Shown here in pieces: positions 1-9,284 of a DNA stretch of 64,000 nt (its first letter is position 1; every line of letters begins with the position of its first letter). The translations under genes were made by a program, and so were the position numbers. The stretch comes from an uncultured virus (IMG/VR IMGVR_UViG_3300024303_000041) (lineage: Duplodnaviria > Heunggongvirae > Uroviricota > Caudoviricetes). Where the stretch lies: IMG/VR virus record IMGVR_UViG_3300024303_000041; one strand, 5' to 3'. A model generated the notes under the pieces. That model was not told the origin of the DNA. It worked only from the letters and a program-made list of their open reading frames with translations, and searched no databases.

Positions 1-42
1 TATAACGAAGATTATTACGAAGATAACATTATGGTGTTTTAA
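1..42 (+). CDS. 3' end of upstream gene (YNEDYYEDNIMVF*), by position possibly terminase large subunit
   Basis: Open frame ending in TAA immediately before the portal ATG; identity by synteny only. Confidence 0.35.
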   Translation, partial: YNEDYYEDNIMVF

Positions 43-1320
43 ATGGCTGAATGGAATATTTTTAAAAGAGTCTTGAAAAATCGAAGATTGGATAATGCAG
101 AACAATCAGCAATCCATGAAATCGGTCTTGATGATGTAGACTTGAATAGTGATGAAAAAAGTATAGATTGGAACGAAGAGTTACCAGCTTTGATTAATCC
201 AACTATCAAAAATTTCCGTTTATGTTATGAAAAATCTGACCTTGTGAAAGGTATTATTGAAGATTTAGTGATTAAATCAATCAGCGGTTGGGAGTTGGAA
301 GCTGATGAGAATGCTCCTAAAGGTGCTTTAGAGTATATTCAAGAAGAGTCTGAGAGATTGGATTTCATGAGTTTATTCCATGAAGTAGCTACAAATAATA
401 TGGTTTCCGGTGCAATGTACCATAATGTAATTAAGAAAAACGGTGTTTTACATCTCCGTGAATTGGCTTTTGATGGAGATAATTATCGTATTAAAGAATT
501 ATGGGACGATGAAACTGGTTCGGAGATAATTGGTTATAAACAACGTATTTTAAAGAATACTAATACTAATAAAGGTTGGTTAAAAGAGAAGTATTTTGAT
601 TTAACAGAAGAATTAGAGTTTGTTGAATTTAATTTCACTCCGGAAGAGGTATTGCCATCTCATTTCTTTGAAAGAAACGGTAAATACAAAGGATTGGTTG
701 AAAATGTTCTTGATGAAGCATATATGGTAGAATTACTAACTCGTATGATGCCTCAAGTAGTTTTCAAACAAACTAATACTATGGTATTGCAAGGCGGTAA
801 TGAGAATCGTAAAGAAGTTAATCTCTTCAAAAGAACAATTAATCGTGTTGTTAAAGCAATTACAAATTATCATCGTAAAGGAGTCATATATCTCCCATAT
901 GGTATAGAAGCAAAGCTGATTGGTGATAGTACATTACCAAAAATCCAAGATTATATTACTAAATTAGAATACTTGATTTTTGTAGGATTATGCTCACCAA
1001 AAGCAATTTTCGATGGGTCAAGTTCTAATAGATCAACAGCAGTAGTTCAACTTGACAGTGATAAATCAGGTAGAGTATTATTCCAACAATTTATTCAGTA
1101 CAAATTAGCTCAATGGGTGCAAATTGTAATTAATATCTTGTTAGAGATGAGAGGGTATCCTAAAGATTGTATCCATGTTAATTTCAATCCTAAAACCGAA
1201 GAAACTGAAGATGATGAAACTACTGAAAACGGTACAACTAGCACTAGTAAACCTGGTGATGGTTTGGATTTAAACTCTATTGAAAATACTAATAGAGGTG
1301 TTGCTAGTGAGTCAGCTTAA
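43..1320 (+). CDS. Portal protein
   Basis: 425 aa, first gene of head module, portal-like C-terminal part (SSSNRSTAVVQ...IHVNFNP) and acidic tail. Confidence 0.75.
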   Translation: MAEWNIFKRVLKNRRLDNAEQSAIHEIGLDDVDLNSDEKSIDWNEELPALINPTIKNFRLCYEKSDLVKGIIEDLVIKSISGWELEADENAPKGALEYIQEESERLDFMSLFHEVATNNMVSGAMYHNVIKKNGVLHLRELAFDGDNYRIKELWDDETGSEIIGYKQRILKNTNTNKGWLKEKYFDLTEELEFVEFNFTPEEVLPSHFFERNGKYKGLVENVLDEAYMVELLTRMMPQVVFKQTNTMVLQGGNENRKEVNLFKRTINRVVKAITNYHRKGVIYLPYGIEAKLIGDSTLPKIQDYITKLEYLIFVGLCSPKAIFDGSSSNRSTAVVQLDSDKSGRVLFQQFIQYKLAQWVQIVINILLEMRGYPKDCIHVNFNPKTEETEDDETTENGTTSTSKPGDGLDLNSIENTNRGVASESA

Positions 1321-2062
1321 AGTGCCTCAAGTACCATCATATGAAGAGTTTTATGGATTAACTGACAATATTGTTTCTGATGAAGAATTTGAGTCAGATA
1401 ATAAAGATGAGAAGATTAAAGAGTTAATCACAATTGCTTTAAGTTTATTACAAGATTTTTATTTAGAAGTTCAATATTATACGGAGTATGATATTCTTTC
1501 AGGGAGTTTTGAAAGAAAACTCAATGATTTCAATGTTGAATTAAAAGAGAGTTTATTACAATTATTCAATAATTATTTTGATGATTTACATGTTGATGAG
1601 AGCATACACTACGCTATACCAGTAGGTACTGTTAAAAGTGATTATGATATAGCGAATGTTCTCAAAAGCAGTGTAGATTCGGTTACTGATACATTATATT
1701 CTGATTTAAAGAATAAAGCTGATTTTTACCATGATGTAGCTATAACAACTGGAATGTTTAGTTTACATGCTGATTTTAGAAGAGCTATCCGCAAATTATC
1801 TAATAAAATTAGTGGTAATGCAGAATATGCTCGAAATAGAGTTAATAGGGCTTTTTTAGAATTTGTTTATGGTCAAGAAGCTTTATTCAGATGGGTAGTG
1901 TCTGGAAGGAACACTTGTGCATGGTGTTATACAATCGAAGCAATGGGTGCTATGCCATTATCATGGTTCCCAGTTGATCACCCGAACGGCATGTGCAGAT
2001 TGGTTCCGGAAAAACCAGACCAGTATTCTGATGAATATCGTAGGATTAGAGGTTGGTTATAA
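1280..2062 (+). CDS. Minor head protein (MuF/SPP1 gp7-like); real start probably GTG at 1307
   Basis: C-terminal CAWC...DHPNGMCRL motif typical of MuF; follows portal; GAGGTG RBS before 1307. Confidence 0.75.
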   Translation: MKILIEVLLVSQLKVPQVPSYEEFYGLTDNIVSDEEFESDNKDEKIKELITIALSLLQDFYLEVQYYTEYDILSGSFERKLNDFNVELKESLLQLFNNYFDDLHVDESIHYAIPVGTVKSDYDIANVLKSSVDSVTDTLYSDLKNKADFYHDVAITTGMFSLHADFRRAIRKLSNKISGNAEYARNRVNRAFLEFVYGQEALFRWVVSGRNTCAWCYTIEAMGAMPLSWFPVDHPNGMCRLVPEKPDQYSDEYRRIRGWL

Positions 2063-2901
2063 CTATGAAAAGGATTCAGATTTTTAAACCTTGTGAACTT
2101 AATTATAAAGAATATGATAAGCCAGTACGGTTTACTGAAGAGTTTTTGCAAGAAATAGCAAACTCTACTTATAAAGTTCCATTAGTGAATAAACATTATG
2201 GAGCTACACTGGCTGATGTTTCAAATTTATCTTTTGATAATAATACTTTGGAGGTAGATGTTCCGGAGGAATTTTCTAAATCAAAGTATAGTCCAAGTTT
2301 TGATAATTTAACTCTCACTGATGAGGGAGAGTATTATCTTGCGACTGGCGGTTATCTTGTTGAGGTTGCTACAAATGTTAAACCTAGACTGGATAATGGC
2401 GAAGATGGAGGAAGTAATATGGCTGATAATGATAAAACTAATGAGTTTTTAGCAAAAGAAGTCGAAAGACTGAATAAAGAAATCGCTAAAAAAGACTTAA
2501 AACTTGATGCTAATAAAGAAAAGCTTGAAAAATTTGATGAAATGGATAAGGAGTTACAAGAACTTCGTGAATGGAAAGAAACCAATTCTAAGTTAATTGA
2601 AGAACAGAAACCAATCATTGAAAAATATAACGCTTATCAAGAAAAACATCGTGAAGAACTGCTTGAAAAAGCATCAAAAGGAAATAAGGAAGTTAAAGAA
2701 AAATTACAAAATCTTAGAACTGAGGATTTAGAAACCATTATCTCATTGGAAGTTGAAGAACAACCGGCTAGAGGTGCAGGTGCAGGTAATGCTCCAGGGT
2801 TGAATGAAGGTAGTGGTGAAAAAGATAAAGAACAAGCTGAGCAGAAAGCCCGTAAAGTAGCTGTTGAAGGAATGTTCAGCGAATTATTTAAGGAGGAATA
2901 A
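2053..2901 (+). CDS. Capsid scaffolding protein (possible protease-like N-terminus plus coiled coil)
   Basis: Long charged coiled coil, position upstream of capsid genes. Confidence 0.6.
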   Translation: MVITMKRIQIFKPCELNYKEYDKPVRFTEEFLQEIANSTYKVPLVNKHYGATLADVSNLSFDNNTLEVDVPEEFSKSKYSPSFDNLTLTDEGEYYLATGGYLVEVATNVKPRLDNGEDGGSNMADNDKTNEFLAKEVERLNKEIAKKDLKLDANKEKLEKFDEMDKELQELREWKETNSKLIEEQKPIIEKYNAYQEKHREELLEKASKGNKEVKEKLQNLRTEDLETIISLEVEEQPARGAGAGNAPGLNEGSGEKDKEQAEQKARKVAVEGMFSELFKEE

Positions 2902-2904
2902 AGT

Positions 2905-3498
2905 ATGGATTTAAAAGAAGCAGGTAGACCTAGTAGAGATTACAGTAATAATCGTAAAGTTTTCACCGTAACTCTCTATGAAGGGGATTTAAAATATTCC
3001 AGAAATGGAATTGACAGAAAAACTGGTATGACTGTAGGACAACATTCTTTAACTGCACCTATACCATTGCACAGGATTTTAGAAATACATAAGGATTCCA
3101 CCCCTAGGAATATCATATTAAAACCAGCTGCTGATGAAAGTACCAAAGCTGTTGCAAAATTATTATACGACCCAGAGATGACATGGAAACCTGATGCACA
3201 GTACACTACTAAAAACAGATTACCTCAAGAAGATTGTGAGTTTGGTCATTATCCAAATCGTAGTGCTGCTGTTGAATGGTTTGGTAAAGCGGTTGATGAA
3301 GTATGTATCGTTGCTGAAAATGATGCAATTGCACCTTACGATTACCTTGAATATGTTGGTTTCGTTGATGGTAAAGAAGTATATCAAAAATCTGATGGAG
3401 TTACTAACCTTTTAGCATTAGCCAATGTGCCAGCACTTGAATCTGGTGTATGCCCAGTATTAGAAGGTGTAGAGTTCTACGGAGCAGTAAAAGAATAA
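2905..3498 (+). CDS. Putative capsid decoration/cement protein
   Basis: 197 aa beta-rich protein between scaffold and major capsid protein; synteny. Confidence 0.45.
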   Translation: MDLKEAGRPSRDYSNNRKVFTVTLYEGDLKYSRNGIDRKTGMTVGQHSLTAPIPLHRILEIHKDSTPRNIILKPAADESTKAVAKLLYDPEMTWKPDAQYTTKNRLPQEDCEFGHYPNRSAAVEWFGKAVDEVCIVAENDAIAPYDYLEYVGFVDGKEVYQKSDGVTNLLALANVPALESGVCPVLEGVEFYGAVKE

Positions 3499-3520
3499 AT
3501 AAAAAGGAGGATTATTTTTT

Positions 3521-4435
3521 ATGATATTTGGAAGTAAACAAATTAAATACCTTCTCAATCCTGAAAGTATTGAGCAGGTTGTTCACCAATACACTCGTAC
3601 TCCAATGAGTATGCTTACTTTGTTTGAACCACAAGACAATAAAGGGGAAAAACACTTTGCATACGATTACAGTAAAAGGAATTATGAAACAGACCTTGCA
3701 GCAGGTATCCTCGCAGAACCTGTAGAATTAACTGAAGGGTCTGAGTTCCCACAAGTCAGTTTCAGCGGTATTCAAGAAGAATACGGTAACATGACTAAAT
3801 TCGGTTTTGAAGTAGAGTTCACTAAAGAATCTGCTGAAGACCCTAGAAACTTCGCATTTTTCAAAAATTGTGTTCGTGATATGGGTTTAACCATGATGAG
3901 AATGATTAATAGGTTCTCATTCTACGAATTAAACGCTAGTGCAGGTTTAGTAAACCCTATCACTCTCGGAGAGGGAGCATGGAACCATGGTAACGAAGCT
4001 GTTGATGATGATATTGTTGCTATGATTAGGGCAATGGAAGATCAAGAACATTATGAAGGACAATTTAGTCCTACCGATATGTTTATAGCAAAAAGAGCTT
4101 ATAACACTGCTGAGGACTTGTATAAAGTTATCAATAGTACAGGTACTTTTAACGGAATTTCCAATGGTGTAAACTTAAATGTTGCAGCAGAAGTTAATTC
4201 CGGTTTAATTGCTATTGACCGTAATTCCCACCCAGCTATTTGGTTCTATAATACTAATAAAAACGATAACAGGTTAAACGACCCCGAAGTCCCTAACTCA
4301 TCTATCATTAACGTTCACTACTTTGAAGATGCTGATGAGTCTAAATTACCTCAAACTTTCGGTTATCAATTATACGTGGAACTTGGTTTAGCAGTTAATA
4401 AAGAAATGGCTGTTTTAACTCAAGATGGAGTATAA
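3521..4435 (+). CDS. Major capsid protein (HK97 fold)
   Basis: 304 aa, strong GGAGG RBS, E-loop-like LTEGSEFPQV...KFGFEVEFTKE pattern. Confidence 0.8.
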   Translation: MIFGSKQIKYLLNPESIEQVVHQYTRTPMSMLTLFEPQDNKGEKHFAYDYSKRNYETDLAAGILAEPVELTEGSEFPQVSFSGIQEEYGNMTKFGFEVEFTKESAEDPRNFAFFKNCVRDMGLTMMRMINRFSFYELNASAGLVNPITLGEGAWNHGNEAVDDDIVAMIRAMEDQEHYEGQFSPTDMFIAKRAYNTAEDLYKVINSTGTFNGISNGVNLNVAAEVNSGLIAIDRNSHPAIWFYNTNKNDNRLNDPEVPNSSIINVHYFEDADESKLPQTFGYQLYVELGLAVNKEMAVLTQDGV

Positions 4436-4476
4436 ATGCTCCATTATAAATTTTTTTTAAATGGAGGTTTATATTT

Positions 4477-4875
4477 ATGCCTGATTGGAAAAGTATTAAG
4501 CTTAAAATTATAAGGGGAAGAACATTATTACCATTTCCTACTGCTAAAGTATTGCAAGACCATGAAGATAGGATTGCTGCTTTGGAATCAGGAAGTTCTT
4601 CTGATGAAGGAGATACTACTACTTATGGTTTCACCAGTTATGCTGATGCTGAAGGAACTACCGAATGGGGAGAAGGTACTGTTAAAGGTACTGGAATAAC
4701 CAAAGGTAACTATGCTGAAGCAGAAGTATTAACTAACAGTCCTGATGAAAGTTTTGTCGGTCAGAAATTCTTTATTAGGTCTACTGCAAAAGCAGATGGA
4801 ACTACAATCTATAAAGTTTATAAAGATGCAGGTAAAACTGCGGCTGGATTTTGGATAAGTTTATCTGAAATTTAA
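4477..4875 (+). CDS. Putative head fibre/virion protein
   Basis: Short coiled coil (DHEDRIAALE) followed by beta-rich domain, directly after capsid gene. Confidence 0.4.
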   Translation: MPDWKSIKLKIIRGRTLLPFPTAKVLQDHEDRIAALESGSSSDEGDTTTYGFTSYADAEGTTEWGEGTVKGTGITKGNYAEAEVLTNSPDESFVGQKFFIRSTAKADGTTIYKVYKDAGKTAAGFWISLSEI

Positions 4876-4911
4876 ATTTTTATTTTTTTTTAGATAAGGA
4901 GGTTTCCTTAA

Positions 4912-5718
4912 ATGAAAGATGGTGAAAAATCTCCTGATATGTCTGATTTTTATAAAGTTTTAAAGTATTTGCCTAAAGCTCGTGTGGATAGGCAAGAACC
5001 GTGTGTGTTTAATTCTATTTTTGTTGATGGTGAGGAAGTAGTTATACCTACTGTTTACAGTGAGTTTAATGGTACTGATTATTTGTTATTGTATGTTAAT
5101 TGTCATGGTGTTGATGTAGATGTAACTAGTCTTAAATTAGGTTTTTCCGCATTACTTAATGGAAATGTCAGTTTGCTTTCATTAAACAGTAGTGATACTG
5201 AACTTGATTTAGATAATGATACCATTATTAATTTTACAATAGATGAAAACTACTCCGCAGATGACAAAAGTAAACTATTAACAGGAGTAGAATCAATCAA
5301 ATTAAACTTCAATCAAGACGCAACTGGAGTAGAAATATTAAAAATAGTATTAAGAAGTGTCGATTACACTTACACTTTATCAGATATAGAAACTGCATAC
5401 TACAACGGTGAGGGATACGTACTTCGCAGATTAAACAATATGCGTAATGAAAAAAAAGGAATTAAAGAAATCCCAAAACTTCTACAGCAATATGTTTACA
5501 TGGCGGCTGGAGCATATGCTTGGCTAACAAGATGGGAGTATGAAGCCAAACCGATGAAAGAACCAAAATCAGAGTCAAACAACTATGCAGATAGATTATT
5601 CGGACAAGTAGACTCTGCAATTGAAAATTACTTGTCAAATATAGAAAACAACCGCAATGAAGAATACTTGCATCTCGAACAAGTTGCTACTGCGGGAATC
5701 ACATGGGGTATTAGATGA
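4912..5718 (+). CDS. Putative head-tail adaptor with extra beta-rich domain
   Basis: Helical gp6/gp15-like C-terminus (IPKLLQQYVYMAAGAYAW); position in neck module. Confidence 0.5.
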   Translation: MKDGEKSPDMSDFYKVLKYLPKARVDRQEPCVFNSIFVDGEEVVIPTVYSEFNGTDYLLLYVNCHGVDVDVTSLKLGFSALLNGNVSLLSLNSSDTELDLDNDTIINFTIDENYSADDKSKLLTGVESIKLNFNQDATGVEILKIVLRSVDYTYTLSDIETAYYNGEGYVLRRLNNMRNEKKGIKEIPKLLQQYVYMAAGAYAWLTRWEYEAKPMKEPKSESNNYADRLFGQVDSAIENYLSNIENNRNEEYLHLEQVATAGITWGIR

Positions 5719-6167
5719 ATGAAAACAATTCCAGGATAGTTAATGTAATGGAAACTTTGGGTAAAGCACTCAAAGATGACACTACTTTTTCAACTATTCC
5801 CATATTCTGGGATATGGTAGAGGTAAACCCTGACAATCTGCCGGACACATGTATTGTTTTCAAAGCTTTAACATGGCATGTTGCACAAGATGACCCTTGT
5901 GCTTTGGAAAGACAATTAGACATCTGCATAATACATAATACATTAGATACTCGACAAATAACAATCCGATTAACAAAATATGCTGAAGATTTGAAAGAAA
6001 TCATTGACAATGTAATATTATTCGGCGATGGTTCTTTCGATTTAAAATTCCTTGGCGGAAGTGAAATCGGAGCATTGAAAAATAATAAAGAAGATTCTGA
6101 AAGTTACAAAGGGTCTAAAACATTATTCTCATCAATGATTGTTCTAAGTTACGAAGTGAGGTATTAA
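5715..6167 (+). CDS. Putative tail terminator/neck protein
   Basis: 150 aa, size and position before tail tube gene. Confidence 0.5.
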   Translation: MNENNSRIVNVMETLGKALKDDTTFSTIPIFWDMVEVNPDNLPDTCIVFKALTWHVAQDDPCALERQLDICIIHNTLDTRQITIRLTKYAEDLKEIIDNVILFGDGSFDLKFLGGSEIGALKNNKEDSESYKGSKTLFSSMIVLSYEVRY

Positions 6168-6170
6168 AAT

Positions 6171-6404
6171 ATGAAATTTAAATGGGTAGGATTACCTAAC
6201 GTGAAAAGTCTTGATCTAGTTTATAATGAAATTATGGAACCTCAAGACATTTTAAATCCGGGGGATATTATTGAAATCCCTGATGATAATAAAGAGTTAA
6301 TCCAAAAACTTAAAGCTAATTTGAATTATGAGGTTTACATCGAACCTAAAAAGGTAGGTAGACCTAAAAAGAACGAAAAAAAGGAAGAAAAAGAGGAGGA
6401 ATAG
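6171..6404 (+). CDS. Small hypothetical virion-module protein
   Basis: 77 aa ORF in operon with KKVGRPKK tail. Confidence 0.6.
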   Translation: MKFKWVGLPNVKSLDLVYNEIMEPQDILNPGDIIEIPDDNKELIQKLKANLNYEVYIEPKKVGRPKKNEKKEEKEEE

Positions 6405-6410
6405 ATAAAT

Positions 6411-7580
6411 ATGGGAGCTATAGCACCAAATGCTAGTTTTCACTATGGTGGATTTTCCATTAAAGGTGAAGAGTTAGACGATGACCAATATGGTAGGTAC
6501 TGCGTAGGTATCCGTTTCACTGATTTTGAAGATGGTAACGAAATCGAAACTGAAACCGATGAAGGACACACTGGTGTATCCAACTTGGATATGGGTTCTT
6601 ATAGGACTACTGCGGAATCTGCTCCTACATGGGAAGATAAATTCCGTTATGGTGAAGGTTTAGAAGATATATGGTACTTGACTTTAGGTACTTATGAAGT
6701 CAATCCTTATAATAATGGTACTGCTAATGTTGATGGAGTATTCACATATGATTTCAGTATGCCACCAACAAATACTACTGAATTACCATTAGCAACAATC
6801 TACAACGGATTTAGTAAAACTAATTATGATGCGAGAGTATTTAACAATGCTCTTTTAAACGAATTAGAAGTAACTTTCAGTTCAGATGACGCACCAACAA
6901 TCAGTCCAACTTTCGTATCTGACTACAACAATTTCAATCTTGTTAATCCAGATAGGAATTTCCCAGTTGTCAGTCAATTCGTAAAAGCACCACACACTAC
7001 TGTGTACATGGGTGCTGTTGGAGCTACTGCACAAGAAATGTTAGCAAATCCTATTGATTGTTTTACTGAAGCAAGTTTCACAATAAACCATAATGCAGAA
7101 AGTCAATCTTGTCATGCTGATGCGTTTGGTAAAAACACTAAAATCATGGGGGCTAGGGAAGTCGAAGGGTCTATTACTATGCCTTGGACTGAATTAACCA
7201 AACATTTAGAAACTGAGTATGAAGGTTACAATAAATATGCTCATATAGTTTCTGAAGAAATTACCAATAAACAAATTTGGTACAGATGTTATGGTGGAAA
7301 TATCCCAGTAACTGACAATGGTGTTACCACATTATCTGGTATACCTTATGAATGTTTAATTAAGTTCCCTGAAGTGGAAATTACTAATGCCGAATCTCCT
7401 AAATCCGGTGATGAAGCAAAAGACTTAACTGTGGAGTATAAAGTTCTTGAAAAACCTACACAATCATATATGAATGTACATATGGTTTCTCATTTACCGG
7501 ACTTACATATAGATACTACAGGTACTACATTAGATGCTTTAAGACCTAATGTTGCACCATTCCCAGTAACCTCACCATAA
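6411..7580 (+). CDS. Major tail tube protein
   Basis: 389 aa; LNELEVTF, EASFTINHN, GAREVEGSITM pattern of siphovirus tube proteins; upstream of chaperones and tape measure. Confidence 0.75.
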   Translation: MGAIAPNASFHYGGFSIKGEELDDDQYGRYCVGIRFTDFEDGNEIETETDEGHTGVSNLDMGSYRTTAESAPTWEDKFRYGEGLEDIWYLTLGTYEVNPYNNGTANVDGVFTYDFSMPPTNTTELPLATIYNGFSKTNYDARVFNNALLNELEVTFSSDDAPTISPTFVSDYNNFNLVNPDRNFPVVSQFVKAPHTTVYMGAVGATAQEMLANPIDCFTEASFTINHNAESQSCHADAFGKNTKIMGAREVEGSITMPWTELTKHLETEYEGYNKYAHIVSEEITNKQIWYRCYGGNIPVTDNGVTTLSGIPYECLIKFPEVEITNAESPKSGDEAKDLTVEYKVLEKPTQSYMNVHMVSHLPDLHIDTTGTTLDALRPNVAPFPVTSP

Positions 7581-7595
7581 AAAGGGGTTACTGTA

Positions 7596-7616
7596 TTTTT
7601 TTTTATTTTTTTTTTC
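7596..7616 (+). terminator. Oligo-T tract (archaeal-type terminator) after tail tube gene
   Basis: Long T runs directly after the stop; similar T tracts at ~4451, ~4884, ~9181 and ~15481. Confidence 0.5.
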
Positions 7617-7619
7617 ATT

Positions 7620-7694
7620 GAGGGTATAGTATAGCTCGGCTAATGCGACTGGCTCCAGACCAGTATACCGTAGGTTCAAATCCTACTGCCCTCA
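7620..7694 (+). tRNA. trnW: tRNA-Trp(CCA), intronless, 3' CCA not fully encoded
   Basis: Cloverleaf: acceptor GAGGGTA/TGCCCTC, D arm GTAT/ATGC, anticodon arm ACTGG-CTCCAGA-CCAGT, T arm GTAGG-TTCAAAT-CCTAC, discriminator A. Confidence 0.92.
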
Positions 7695-7722
7695 CCTTAA
7701 ATTAGACGGAGGAAGTATATTT

Positions 7723-8340
7723 ATGGCAAAACCAAACACAAAACAAACAGGTTCTTTAGATTTTACTCAAGTGCCAATACCATTATGTGGTGAGGAGTAT
7801 TATTTTAAAAGATGCAGTAATGAAACTTTAAAATCTTTTGATGAAAAGATTGAACAAAGGATTAAAGAAATTAAACCTTTAACTGATGAGTCTACTGAAT
7901 TAAATGAAAAGACTGATAGGTTAAACAGTAAAATTGATAGTTTGAAAGGTAGGATTTCATTAATGGAACGTAAGGACGATTTATCTGATGATGAAATCGC
8001 TAAAACATTAGAATACCATGACAAACTTGATGCTCTTTACGAAGAACTAGACGAACATTTAAAAGTTATCAAAGAGTTTAACGAAAAAACTGATGGCTTA
8101 GGTGATGAATTAAATAAAGACATTAACAGAATCATCGCAGAAAAAGTAGAAGCTATTGTAGAAGGCATTACTGCTGATGAATTTTTAAAGAAACATGATA
8201 ACATTGACATGCACATTGCAGACAACATCAGTAAATACTATGAAATGTGTATGATTGGTGAAAAAGCTTCTAAAATAAAACAGGAAATCCGTGATGATTG
8301 CGACGAGTTTCGTAAACGTCAAAAAGAAAACAGACAATGA
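7723..8340 (+). CDS. Tail assembly chaperone (G-like)
   Basis: Between tail tube and tape measure; overlaps the next ORF in another frame. Confidence 0.7.
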   Translation: MAKPNTKQTGSLDFTQVPIPLCGEEYYFKRCSNETLKSFDEKIEQRIKEIKPLTDESTELNEKTDRLNSKIDSLKGRISLMERKDDLSDDEIAKTLEYHDKLDALYEELDEHLKVIKEFNEKTDGLGDELNKDINRIIAEKVEAIVEGITADEFLKKHDNIDMHIADNISKYYEMCMIGEKASKIKQEIRDDCDEFRKRQKENRQ

Positions 8341-8623
8341 ACATATTACACCTAACCCTATGAATACATCAAAAGTATGGGCTATTGAAAATGCTTTGTT
8401 AGAGATATATTCATTATTAATTCATCGTATTAAAGGGTTGGGTTGGAGTTTACGAGATTTTTGGGAAGCGGACACTTGGACTACAAGTAAATTATATCTT
8501 ATGGAATTAGATTTAATTGACGCTGAAGAACGAGAGTTTGAAGGTAAATCACCGGATAAGTCTAAGTATAACAGTCCTGAAATGAATGATTTATACGACG
8601 AGATGTTTCCATATGAAGAGTAG
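8291..8623 (+). CDS. Tail assembly chaperone extension (T-like), probably reached by +1 frameshift
   Basis: GLGWSLRDFWEAD motif typical of T segments; +1 frame; TTT CGT at 8308-8313. Confidence 0.65.
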   Translation: MMIATSFVNVKKKTDNEHITPNPMNTSKVWAIENALLEIYSLLIHRIKGLGWSLRDFWEADTWTTSKLYLMELDLIDAEEREFEGKSPDKSKYNSPEMNDLYDEMFPYEE

Positions 8624-9077
8624 GTTTACAGTTGAAGAAACAGTTACAAAGTATCTTCATGATTTAAAAAATCATTTCAAATCTAAAGAAGATGATATGC
8701 TACGGGATATGGCGAGAGTTTTATCGGAGCATATTGTCGAATTGGCTCCTAAAGACACTTGGACTCTTGCAGAGTCTGGTCTTGAAGAGGACGACTGGGT
8801 GATACAACCTACTCTTACAGGTACTGCGTTAGATATAATCTACAGTGGTTTAGGGAACACTCAATCATGGGTAGAATTTTCAAACGACCAGTTAAAAAAT
8901 CACCCTCCTGATAGGGATTATGCTTATTTTCAAGAAACTGGTCAAGACAAAATCGCAGATTCAAAATATGCTAAGCATAAACATTTCATTTTGATGTCTA
9001 CTAGACGTTCGGATACTAGACATCAGATTAATAATATTGCAAGTCATTATTTGCGAAGTATTATGAATTTAGAGTAA
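8586..9077 (+). CDS. HK97 gp10-like tail completion protein
   Basis: LAPKDTWTLAES resembles APVDTGxLxxS; YAYFQE motif. Confidence 0.6.
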   Translation: MIYTTRCFHMKSRFTVEETVTKYLHDLKNHFKSKEDDMLRDMARVLSEHIVELAPKDTWTLAESGLEEDDWVIQPTLTGTALDIIYSGLGNTQSWVEFSNDQLKNHPPDRDYAYFQETGQDKIADSKYAKHKHFILMSTRRSDTRHQINNIASHYLRSIMNLE

Positions 9078-9136
9078 TATTCTTTAGTAAACTTCTCTTT
9101 GGGGAGGGGTACTGGTGCAAATCCAGTTATTACTCA
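9072..9136 (+). ncRNA. Degenerate tRNA-like element with no proper D arm
   Basis: GAGTAATA/TATTACTC acceptor-like stem, ACTGG-TGCAAAT-CCAGT T arm, CTTCT-CTTTGG-GGAGG anticodon-like arm. Confidence 0.55.
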
Positions 9137-9284
9137 TTAGTTATCTGCCTCCAAAAAATGTGAGTCATGATAATGATTTATTTTTTTTTTAGATAGTTTG
9201 CTTCCTCCAAATTATTTTTCTATTTTTTTGGAGGTTGGTAACTATTAAAATATTTATTTTTATTATTAAAGGAGAGTTTTAGAA

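Noticed and set aside
7620..7694. tRNA as prophage attachment site
   Set aside because: Lies mid tail operon, far from both recombinases, with no duplicated 3' fragment seen
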